Positions 18,175 through 25,592 of a DNA stretch of 41,414 nucleotides are shown here, in pieces. Below the pieces are notes generated by a model. That model was not told the origin of the DNA, did no database searches, and worked only from the letters and a program-made list of their open reading frames with translations. This DNA is from a virus (Duplodnaviria > Caudoviricetes): the IMG/VR virus record IMGVR_UViG_3300035548_000639, positions 1-41,414 of that record, one strand, 5' to 3'. The first letter of the stretch is position 1; each line of letters begins with the position of its first letter. A program made the translations under genes and the position numbers.

Positions 18175-18280
18175 GCTGATTGGCAGGGCCTCCCACCCGG
18201 TTGAACCGGAAACCCTGCATTGCACTCCGATGCGAGCATCGTGTTACGGCCGGGAGATTCATCACCGTGTCGCAACCAGC
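18175..18280 (+). ncRNA. candidate structured ncRNA downstream of muF
   Basis: Closing stem 18175-82/18273-80; stems 18183-88/18213-18, 18197-201/18205-09, 18228-32/18237-41, 18245-49/18265-69; potential pseudoknot CTCCC 18190-94/GGGAG 18252-56. Confidence 0.55.
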
Positions 18281-18497
18281 TTGATAGTACAATAAGGCCT
18301 TCTGCTTCCCGCGTCAATGCGAGTTGCCCGAAAACGCCTCAGAACGCATTTTCAACCTTCGGGGTGTCGCTGTCTATAGCTTTTCTAGAGAAAATGCCTC
18401 TACGGGCGTTCATGAATCGTTTTGAACGCTGTCGGATCAGCTCGCCGACCACTGTTTTGCCCCACATCCAGAGCTCCCCGGCTCCATTCTCTGCCGG

Positions 18498-18517
18498 TTT
18501 TATAACGCCGGTTACAA
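18498..18517 (+). promoter_or_regulatory. putative Mor/C activator box, head-operon late promoter
   Basis: TTTTATAACGCCGGTTACAA, near-copy of 10920-10939, 33 bp upstream of the protease ATG. Confidence 0.65.
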
Positions 18518-18550
18518 GACTGGCTCCGCCGATCCTGCCATGGTCACGCC

Positions 18551-19633
18551 ATGAAACATCTCCTTTTCGCTCTCAACGTAAAGCTCTCTGCCGATGTTCC
18601 CGAGTGGGTCGAATTGATTCCCGCCGGCCCCATCGTCAAGGGGCGTGATGGTCGTGAATGGAAGTTCACCAGTTACGAAGTATTTCATGTGATGAACCGC
18701 TTCAAGTTCGACGGCATCGATGTGGTTATCGACCGCGAGCATGCCACCGAGATCAAGGGGGCGGAAGGCGAAGAAGCGCCCGCTGCCGGATGGATCAAGG
18801 AGCTTGAAGATCGAGACGGCGCATTGTGGGGCAGGGTCGAGTGGACGGATCGAGCCCGAGCCCAGATTGAAAGCCGCGAATACCGCTACCTCTCTCCCGT
18901 CTTTTCTTACACCAAGACTGACCGCGCAATCCGGGTTCTGGAATCTGCCGGTCTGACCAATAAACCCAACCTTCGCCTGACGGCTCTTAACCGGCGGGCG
19001 GCAAACATGGAGGAAGACGCCATGAAAAAGGCACTGTGCCGTCTGCTCGGATTGCCGGAAACGGCTTCCGATCAGGAGATTCAGGACGCCGTTGCCAAAC
19101 TCAAGGGAGATTTGGACACGGCCAGCAATCGGGCCATGACCAAGGAGCTGCTCGCAGTTCTCGGCCTGGAGGAAAATGCAGGAACGGATCAGGTCATCGC
19201 TCAGGCCAAGGTTCTGGCCGGTGATGACAAGGGCATGAACAACGCTCAGGGCGTTGGCGGCACCATCGATCTGACCAAGTACGTTCCGCGCACGGACTAC
19301 GATCAGGCCATCAACCGCGCTGAGACCGCCGAGGCCAGCCTCAAGGAACGCAAAGATGCCGACCTGGAAGGCGAGATCGAGATTGCGGTCAACACCGCCA
19401 TTAAGGACGGCAAGATCGCACCGGCAAGCAAGGACTTCTATATGGCCATGTGCCGCAATGAGGACGGCCTGGCCGAATTCAAGAAGTTCGCAGAGAAGGC
19501 CCCGCAGGTCATCGATGATCCGCAGCTGCCGGACGAACCCGATGACAAGGGCAAGGCTCTGAACCAGCAACAGACCCACATCGCCGACCAGTTCGGCAAC
19601 ACCGCTGACGACCTGGCCAAGTACGCCGGGTAA
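18551..19633 (+). CDS. Mu-like prohead protease (gpI) with C-terminal scaffold
   Basis: ELIPAG...GRDGR...VIDREH...APAAGWI...EYRYLSPVF...LTNKPNL. Confidence 0.92.
   Translation: MKHLLFALNVKLSADVPEWVELIPAGPIVKGRDGREWKFTSYEVFHVMNRFKFDGIDVVIDREHATEIKGAEGEEAPAAGWIKELEDRDGALWGRVEWTDRARAQIESREYRYLSPVFSYTKTDRAIRVLESAGLTNKPNLRLTALNRRAANMEEDAMKKALCRLLGLPETASDQEIQDAVAKLKGDLDTASNRAMTKELLAVLGLEENAGTDQVIAQAKVLAGDDKGMNNAQGVGGTIDLTKYVPRTDYDQAINRAETAEASLKERKDADLEGEIEIAVNTAIKDGKIAPASKDFYMAMCRNEDGLAEFKKFAEKAPQVIDDPQLPDEPDDKGKALNQQQTHIADQFGNTADDLAKYAG
19022..19633 (+). CDS. putative nested in-frame scaffolding protein (gpZ-like)
   Basis: GGAGG (19009-13) 8 nt before an in-frame ATG at 19022, right after the protease domain. 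Confidence 0.55.
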   Translation: MKKALCRLLGLPETASDQEIQDAVAKLKGDLDTASNRAMTKELLAVLGLEENAGTDQVIAQAKVLAGDDKGMNNAQGVGGTIDLTKYVPRTDYDQAINRAETAEASLKERKDADLEGEIEIAVNTAIKDGKIAPASKDFYMAMCRNEDGLAEFKKFAEKAPQVIDDPQLPDEPDDKGKALNQQQTHIADQFGNTADDLAKYAG

Positions 19634-19639
19634 GGAGAA

Positions 19640-20050
19640 ATGCAAACCATGAACCTCACCGCAGACAGAAACACCCCTCAGCGTGACGGCGAGTTGGTTC
19701 CCGTGCCCGTGGGCGCAGGAGTCAAGATTTATGCCGGGGGCATCGTGGCGGCCAACGCCGCCGGCTATGCCGTTCCCGGTGCAGCATCGACCACGCTTAC
19801 CTATCTCGGCCGTGCTGAGGAACAGGTGGACAACTCCGGCGGCGGAGACGGTGCTCAGGAAGTCCTGGTTCACCGCCTGCTGGCGTTCAAGTTCGCCAAT
19901 TCCGCTGGCGATCCCGTCACCCAGGCCAGCCTGGGCAAGCCCTGCTACATCGAAGACGACCAGACCGTCGCTAAGACCGACGGCACCTCGACGCTGTCTC
20001 CCGCCGGTATCGTTATCGGCATCGATTCCGATGGCGTCTGGGTCCAGTAA
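19640..20050 (+). CDS. capsid cement/decoration protein
   Basis: LTADRNTP...IYAGGIV...GYAVP...CYIEDDQTV...GVWV; lies between protease and MCP. Confidence 0.75.
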   Translation: MQTMNLTADRNTPQRDGELVPVPVGAGVKIYAGGIVAANAAGYAVPGAASTTLTYLGRAEEQVDNSGGGDGAQEVLVHRLLAFKFANSAGDPVTQASLGKPCYIEDDQTVAKTDGTSTLSPAGIVIGIDSDGVWVQ

Positions 20051-20065
20051 CTCAAGGAGCAAAAT

Positions 20066-21112
20066 ATGAAACGCTTTTTCAATACCGCCGTGGCCTGGGT
20101 TCTGCTTGTCGGAGCCTGTCTGGCCTGTTCCCTTGTTCCCGAATCTGCCTCGGCACACGGAGCCATGACACCCATGGATGGACTTCCCGCCTTTGGTATG
20201 GCGGGGCTGCTCGTGAACAAAAGTGTCATCGGTGACGTGTTCACCAACCTGAAAGCGACCTTTAACAAGGCGTTCGACAAGGCTCCTTCCACCTGGGAGA
20301 AGATCGCCATGCTCGTGCCGTCCTCCTCCAGCCAGAATGACTACTCTTGGCTGTCCGACTTCCCGCGTATGCGCAAGTGGGTCGGCGAGAAAGTGGTCAA
20401 GGCACTTGAGGCCTTCAAGTACACCGTGACCAACGATGACTGGGAAGCCACCGTGTCCGTGAAGCGCAACGACATCGAGGATGACAACCTGGGCATCTAT
20501 GCTCCTCAGGCGCAGTCGGCAGGATACAGCGCCAAGACGCTCCCCGACGAGATCGTCTTCGATCTGGTCAACAACGGCTTCGCTGCCACCTGTTACGATG
20601 GTCAGTATTTCTTTGACACCGACCACCCGGTGAACGGGGAAAGCGTGAGCAACAAGGGCACCATGGCCCTCAACATCTCCACCCTGGCGGCTGCCCAAGC
20701 CAGTTACGGTGCGGCGCGTACCGCCATGCGCAAGCTGAAGGATGAGGATGGGCGACCGCTGGGCATGAAGCCCACCATCCTGCTCGTGCCTCCGGCGCTG
20801 GAGGACGACGCCAACCTGCTCATGACCGTGGACAAACTGGAAGACGGCAAGCCCAATCCCTACAAGGGAACGGCTGAGGTCGTGGTCGGCGATTACTTGA
20901 CCAGCGACACCGCCTGGTTCCTGCTCGACACCTCCAGGCCGGTCAAGCCCTTCGTTTACCAGGAACGCAAGAAGCCCGTCTTCGTTCAGCAGACCGACAT
21001 GTCCGCGGACGATGTGTTCAGCCGTGCGATCTTCAAGTTCGGCGCCGAAGCCCGCGCTGCTGGCGGCTACGCCTTTTGGCAGATGGCTTGGGGCAGCACT
21101 GGCGAAGCATAG
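20066..21112 (+). CDS. major capsid protein (Mu gpT-like) with hydrophobic N-terminal leader
   Basis: YSWLSDFPRMRKWVG, IEDDNLG, CYDGQYFFDTDHPV, WFLLD, FWQMAWGS motifs. Confidence 0.93.
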   Translation: MKRFFNTAVAWVLLVGACLACSLVPESASAHGAMTPMDGLPAFGMAGLLVNKSVIGDVFTNLKATFNKAFDKAPSTWEKIAMLVPSSSSQNDYSWLSDFPRMRKWVGEKVVKALEAFKYTVTNDDWEATVSVKRNDIEDDNLGIYAPQAQSAGYSAKTLPDEIVFDLVNNGFAATCYDGQYFFDTDHPVNGESVSNKGTMALNISTLAAAQASYGAARTAMRKLKDEDGRPLGMKPTILLVPPALEDDANLLMTVDKLEDGKPNPYKGTAEVVVGDYLTSDTAWFLLDTSRPVKPFVYQERKKPVFVQQTDMSADDVFSRAIFKFGAEARAAGGYAFWQMAWGSTGEA

Positions 21113-21126
21113 CGGAGGTATGATCC

Positions 21127-21531
21127 ATGACTATCACCATTACCTCCAAGCGTGACGGCTTTCGCCGGTGCGGTATGGCTCACTCGGCCAAACCGACCAC
21201 CCATCCCGCCGACACATTCACCGATGAGGAACTGGAAGCCCTCAAGAAGGAACCTATGCTCGTCGTGGTCGAGGGCGAGGAAGGCGAAGCCAAGAAGGCC
21301 GCGCCTACCAAGTCTCCTCAGACCAACAATGAACCGATGATAACGAAACCGGAGAACATCGATGAACTGATGTCCGCCATCGTTAAGGCCATCGGCGAAC
21401 TGAACAAGGAAACCGACTTCACCCAGGCAGGAACGCCCCGCGTTAACTCTGTCGTTGAAAAGCTCGGATACGACGTATCCGGCGATGAAGTCTCCACCGC
21501 TTACGAGCAGTACAAGAAGGACAACGAGTAA
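21127..21531 (+). CDS. HI1506-like Mu head-associated protein
   Basis: ITSKRDGFRRCGMAH...LKKEPMLVV. Confidence 0.8.
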   Translation: MTITITSKRDGFRRCGMAHSAKPTTHPADTFTDEELEALKKEPMLVVVEGEEGEAKKAAPTKSPQTNNEPMITKPENIDELMSAIVKAIGELNKETDFTQAGTPRVNSVVEKLGYDVSGDEVSTAYEQYKKDNE

Positions 21532-21959
21532 TGGCATACGCCACCACCCAGGACATCATAGACCGGTACGGCAAGGATCAGCTGCTGATCCTTGCCGACC
21601 GTGATGGTGACGGCATCGCTGACGTCGAGGTAACGGACCGCGCTCTCGCGGATGCCGATTCTGAAATCGACCTCCATGTGGGCAAGGTCTACGACTTGCC
21701 TCTGGCGACCGTGCCGTCGGTCCTGGTTCAGGTGGCGGTGGATATCGCCATTTACCGCATGTGCAACAACGATGCGCTGGTCACCGAGGAGATTCGGACG
21801 CGATACAAGGACGCGCGGGGTACGCTTCGCAGCATTGCTAAGGGCGAGACATCGCTCGGCGCGATCCATGAATCGTCGGGCGGGGCTGCCTCGGGGCCGG
21901 CCATCGTCAGTGGCTCACCCCGCGTCTTCGGCCGCGGCCGTGGTGGAGGCTTGCGATGA
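21531..21959 (+). CDS. head-tail adaptor (Mu gp36, DUF1320)
   Basis: MAYATTQD...ALADADSEID...LPL...DIAIYR...RYKDA...IAKG. Confidence 0.88.
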   Translation: MAYATTQDIIDRYGKDQLLILADRDGDGIADVEVTDRALADADSEIDLHVGKVYDLPLATVPSVLVQVAVDIAIYRMCNNDALVTEEIRTRYKDARGTLRSIAKGETSLGAIHESSGGAASGPAIVSGSPRVFGRGRGGGLR

Positions 21960-22432
21960 GCGTTGACATGCGAGTTGACACGCGAGGTCTTGAACGTCTC
22001 GCCAACCGGATCGCGCAGCTCAGCGATATGGACACCCGCCCGCTCATGGATGAGTTGGGCGCGGCTGTCGTTTCGCAGACACAGCGCCGGATCGACTCCG
22101 AAAAGACCGATGCAGACGGCAAGGAATGGCCGGCATGGTCTGAAAGCCACGCGAAAACGCGCCACCAAGGGCAGAGTCTGCTCATGGCCTCCGGTGCTCT
22201 TCATGATTCCATCGAGCACATCATGGGCATCACCGGTGATGACGTCGAAGTCGGCTCCAATCTGGTCTATGCCGCCGCGCATCAGCACGGATTGGACATG
22301 TCTCTGGTCGGCAGCCGCCGCCGGATCACGATCCCGGCCCGGCCGTATCTCGGCATCTCCTTTGAAAACGAAACCGATCTGGTCGCCCTTGTGGATGACT
22401 TTGTGGATCGCCAAATGAGGGAGTTGCGATGA
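21956..22432 (+). CDS. phage virion morphogenesis protein (gpG/P2 S-like)
   Basis: GKEWPAWS...GSNLVYAAAHQHG...IPARPYLG. Confidence 0.88.
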   Translation: MSVDMRVDTRGLERLANRIAQLSDMDTRPLMDELGAAVVSQTQRRIDSEKTDADGKEWPAWSESHAKTRHQGQSLLMASGALHDSIEHIMGITGDDVEVGSNLVYAAAHQHGLDMSLVGSRRRITIPARPYLGISFENETDLVALVDDFVDRQMRELR

Positions 22433-22986
22433 GCCTGGAAACCCTGCGCAACGGTGTTGTTGAGACACTCGATACGGCAACCCCCAAGAACGTTCATTGC
22501 GCCTCGCATGGCGGACGGTTTGATCTGCAAGAGCTCAGGCGCGTGTCGTCCAAGGCTCCGGCCATATATGTGGCCTCGCTCGGATTCAGCAATTTGAAAG
22601 AGAGCTCTGGAAGCTACGAGGCAACCGTGGCCTGGGGTGCGTTCATCGTCGCCAAGGATCAGCGCGGCGCGAAACGTGACCAGGTTGCTCTGGCCATCGT
22701 GGACATGCTGTCCCTGATCGTTCCGGATAACAGCTGGAGCCTCGATGAAACCTTGGGCGCTCCTGAGAGAGTTCAGGCCGACAATCTTTTTTCCGCCCTC
22801 ATAGACAAGGCCGGTGTGGCCATGTGGGCAATTACCTGGCGGCAGCACATGCAACTCGGCCAGGCCATGACCGAGAACGAGCTGGCGGCTCTTGATTTGT
22901 TTAAAACCTTTGATGCCCGATTCCCGATTAAGGACGACGCTCCGGAAGCCGAGGATCGGGTCAATCTGCCCCAGGACGGGGAGTAG
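22429..22986 (+). CDS. tail terminator/completion protein (Mu gp37-like)
   Basis: HGGRFD...APAIYVA...GVAMWAITWRQ; position before gp38 and sheath. Confidence 0.7.
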   Translation: MSLETLRNGVVETLDTATPKNVHCASHGGRFDLQELRRVSSKAPAIYVASLGFSNLKESSGSYEATVAWGAFIVAKDQRGAKRDQVALAIVDMLSLIVPDNSWSLDETLGAPERVQADNLFSALIDKAGVAMWAITWRQHMQLGQAMTENELAALDLFKTFDARFPIKDDAPEAEDRVNLPQDGE

Positions 22987-22998
22987 GAGGAAACGACC

Positions 22999-23247
22999 GT
23001 GGCAATGAAGATGCTCTACCTGAAACCCGCGGAGAAGGGCCGTATTGTGCGTGACCCGCGCAACGGAAAGCCGCTGCCTGATGGCGGCGATGCCGTTCCC
23101 GACACCAGTTACTGGAGACGCCGCCTGATGGCCGGCGATGTCAAGAAAACCACTGCCGAAGCCGTGAAGAAAGCGGCAGCCGAACGAGCCAAGGTCGAGC
23201 AGGCCAAGGCCGACAAGGGCAAGGCTGAACCCGCCAAGGAGGGCTAG
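22999..23247 (+). CDS. Mu gp38-like (DUF2635) protein
   Basis: KPA.GRIVRDP...YWRRRL.AGDV. Confidence 0.85.
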   Translation: MAMKMLYLKPAEKGRIVRDPRNGKPLPDGGDAVPDTSYWRRRLMAGDVKKTTAEAVKKAAAERAKVEQAKADKGKAEPAKEG

Positions 23248-23250
23248 CCC

Positions 23251-24717
23251 ATGACCATCAGCTTCAATGAAATCCCGGACAACATCCGGGTGCCTCTGGT
23301 TTACATCGAGTTCGACAACACTCGCGCCGTTTCCGGAACGCCCTCCATCGAGTACAAGCTGCTTGTCCTCGGTCAGATGCTTTCCACTGGTACGGCCGAG
23401 GCAGGCAAGCCGGTACGAGTCCTGAGCGATGACCACGGCGTCAACCTTTTCGGCCGCGGTTCCATGCTGGCCAACATGGTCAAAGCCATCAAGAAGGCTG
23501 ATCGATACATGGAAACCTGGTGCATCCCGTTGAGTGATGCCGGTGCCGGTGTTGCCGCCACCGGAACTATTACCCTGACGGGAACTGCTACAGCTGCCGG
23601 TGTCCTCAGCTGCTACATCGCCGGTGAGCGCGTCCGTGCATCCGTGGCGGCACTTGCCACGGCAGCCGAAGCCGCAACCGCTCTGGCCGATGCCATTAAC
23701 GCCAAGCTCGATCTGCCCGTCACGGCCTCCGCCGCTGCCGGCGTCATCACCCTGACCGCTCGCAACAAGGGCGAATGCGGCAACGATATCGACATCCGTT
23801 TCAACTATTACACTGGCGAAGTGTATCCCGCTGGCCTTTCCGTGGCCATCGTGGGTATGACCAACGGTGCCGCCAACCCGGATATCGCAGACGCCATCGC
23901 CGCCTTCGGTGACGAATGGTGGAACGCTCTGGTCAATCCCTGGACGGACGGTGCCAACATGTCCGCATTGGAGACCGAGCTGCTCGACCGCTGGGGTCCG
24001 CTCAACATGAAAGACGGCATGGCATACATGGCCATGAAGGGAACGCATTCCGCGTCCTCCACCTGGGGGAACGCACGCAATGCCCATCTCGGCAGCTGCA
24101 TGCCCACCGGAGCCTCGCCCATGCCTCCGTGGATTTGGGCTTCCGTCTATGCGGTTATCGCATCCGGCTCTCTGGCCATCGATCCGGCACGGCCGCTCCA
24201 GACGCTGGCGCTTCCCGGCATCCTGCCGCCCGCCCAGGGCGATCGCTGGACCATGGAGGAACGCAATCTGCTCCTCTATGACGGACTGGCCACATACACC
24301 GTTGATTCCGGTGGCGTGGTCCGCATCGAGCGCGCCATCACCACCTACCAGAAAAATGCCTACGGGCTCGCCGATCCGAGCTACCTCGACGTGACCACTC
24401 CGGCCACGCTCAGCTATCTGCGGTACGCCACCCGCGCGCGGATCACGCAGAAGTTCCCCCGCCACAAGCTGGCCGACGACGGCACCAGGTTCGGCGCCGG
24501 GCAGGCCATCGTGACGCCATCCATCATCCGGGCCGAGCTGCTCGCCTTGTTCCGCGAGCTCGAGGAAAAGGGACTGGTGGAAAACTTCGACCAGTACAAG
24601 GCCGACCTGGTCGTGGAGCGCAATGCGGATGACCGCAATCGCCTCGACGTCCTGAGCCCGCCCGACATCATCAACCAGCTCCGCATCTTTGCAGAGCAGA
24701 TTCAGTTCCTTCTGTAG
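23251..24717 (+). CDS. contractile tail sheath (Mu gpL)
   Basis: ISFNEIP..IRVPLVYIEFDN, FGRGS, DPARPLQTL, ITTYQKN, FPRHKLA. Confidence 0.95.
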   Translation: MTISFNEIPDNIRVPLVYIEFDNTRAVSGTPSIEYKLLVLGQMLSTGTAEAGKPVRVLSDDHGVNLFGRGSMLANMVKAIKKADRYMETWCIPLSDAGAGVAATGTITLTGTATAAGVLSCYIAGERVRASVAALATAAEAATALADAINAKLDLPVTASAAAGVITLTARNKGECGNDIDIRFNYYTGEVYPAGLSVAIVGMTNGAANPDIADAIAAFGDEWWNALVNPWTDGANMSALETELLDRWGPLNMKDGMAYMAMKGTHSASSTWGNARNAHLGSCMPTGASPMPPWIWASVYAVIASGSLAIDPARPLQTLALPGILPPAQGDRWTMEERNLLLYDGLATYTVDSGGVVRIERAITTYQKNAYGLADPSYLDVTTPATLSYLRYATRARITQKFPRHKLADDGTRFGAGQAIVTPSIIRAELLALFRELEEKGLVENFDQYKADLVVERNADDRNRLDVLSPPDIINQLRIFAEQIQFLL

Positions 24718-24727
24718 GAGATAAATC

Positions 24728-25096
24728 ATGGGAAACAATCCGAACCAGGTAACTGGTAAAGCCGTGATCCGTTTCGACGGTCGCGAGTACAAGACGGCAG
24801 ATGAAGCAACCCTCCAGCCCGGCGGCGTGTCCCGCGAGACCGTCAAGGGAGCAGGCAAGGTTCACGGTTTCACCGAAACCACCGTGGAACCGGAAATGGA
24901 ATGCACCATCTACCACACCAAGGCCACGTCCTTGAAGGAAATCCAGGACATCGACAACGCTACCGTGATCTTCGAGACCGACACCGGCGCCCGTTGGGTT
25001 CTGACCGGCGCATTCGTGCTCGATCCGCTTTCCCTCAAGACCAAGGGCGGCGAAATCGCGGTCAAGATGTCCGCAATCACTTGCGAGGAGGACTAA
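24728..25096 (+). CDS. tail tube protein (Mu gpM)
   Basis: Follows the sheath; GGVSRETV.G...HGFTE motif. Confidence 0.88.
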   Translation: MGNNPNQVTGKAVIRFDGREYKTADEATLQPGGVSRETVKGAGKVHGFTETTVEPEMECTIYHTKATSLKEIQDIDNATVIFETDTGARWVLTGAFVLDPLSLKTKGGEIAVKMSAITCEED

Positions 25097-25477
25097 ATGT
25101 CCAAGACCGAAACCATCGAGCTGACCACGCCCGTCAAGATCGGCGATGAGGAATGCCGCCAGGTGATCCTTCGCGAAGCCTCTGCCGGTGATGTCATCGA
25201 GGCCCAGGAAGAGGCCGAAAAGCTGATTATGACGCCGGACGGTCCGCAGCTCATAGCCAGCCCTTCTCTCGTCGGCCTGGGCGTATTACGCCGCCAGGTT
25301 GTCAAGATCGGAGACAAGGTAGACGGCCCCGTGGATGTGGCCACCCTCAAACGGTTCAGCGTGTTCGACCTGAACGCATTGCAGGATGCAGCAGATACCA
25401 TGGATGCAGCCCTGGACGCCGAAGTCGCCAAGGCAAAGATGGACAAGCGGGGGCGAACTGGCGAGCAGGAGAGCTGA
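25097..25477 (+). CDS. tail assembly chaperone (Mu gp41-like)
   Basis: Between tube and tape measure genes; LRE...GD motif; ends with the CGG GGG CGA slippery site. Confidence 0.85.
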   Translation: MSKTETIELTTPVKIGDEECRQVILREASAGDVIEAQEEAEKLIMTPDGPQLIASPSLVGLGVLRRQVVKIGDKVDGPVDVATLKRFSVFDLNALQDAADTMDAALDAEVAKAKMDKRGRTGEQES

Positions 25478-25592
25478 CATCGAGCAGCTGGTCCTGCGCA
25501 TGGCCAAAAATACGGGGTGGTCCGAGGCCGAGCTTCTCGGACTGCCTCTTCGTCGATTGATTAGATACTTGCAACACCTCGGGGTCTCATGA
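25448..25592 (+). other. programmed -2 frameshift site and downstream chaperone-extension frame
   Basis: In-frame CGG GGG CGA at 25448-56; the -2/+1 frame reads ...TGWSEAELLGLPLRRL to the stop at 25592. Confidence 0.75.

Noticed and set aside
18175-18280. tRNA interpretation of the multibranch element
   Set aside because: No T-loop GTTCRA or D-loop consensus and no acceptor/CCA geometry
18220-18648. 142-aa ORF after muF as a possible immunity protein
   Set aside because: Non-ATG start without SD, Ser/Pro/Arg-rich non-globular composition, overlaps the protease start out of frame and crosses the promoter box
18512-20698. 728-aa minus-strand ORF
   Set aside because: Antisense shadow of the protease/capsid genes caused by GC-rich codon bias; no recognisable motifs
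22282-24858. 858-aa minus-strand ORF
   Set aside because: Antisense shadow of the gp37, gp38 and sheath genes
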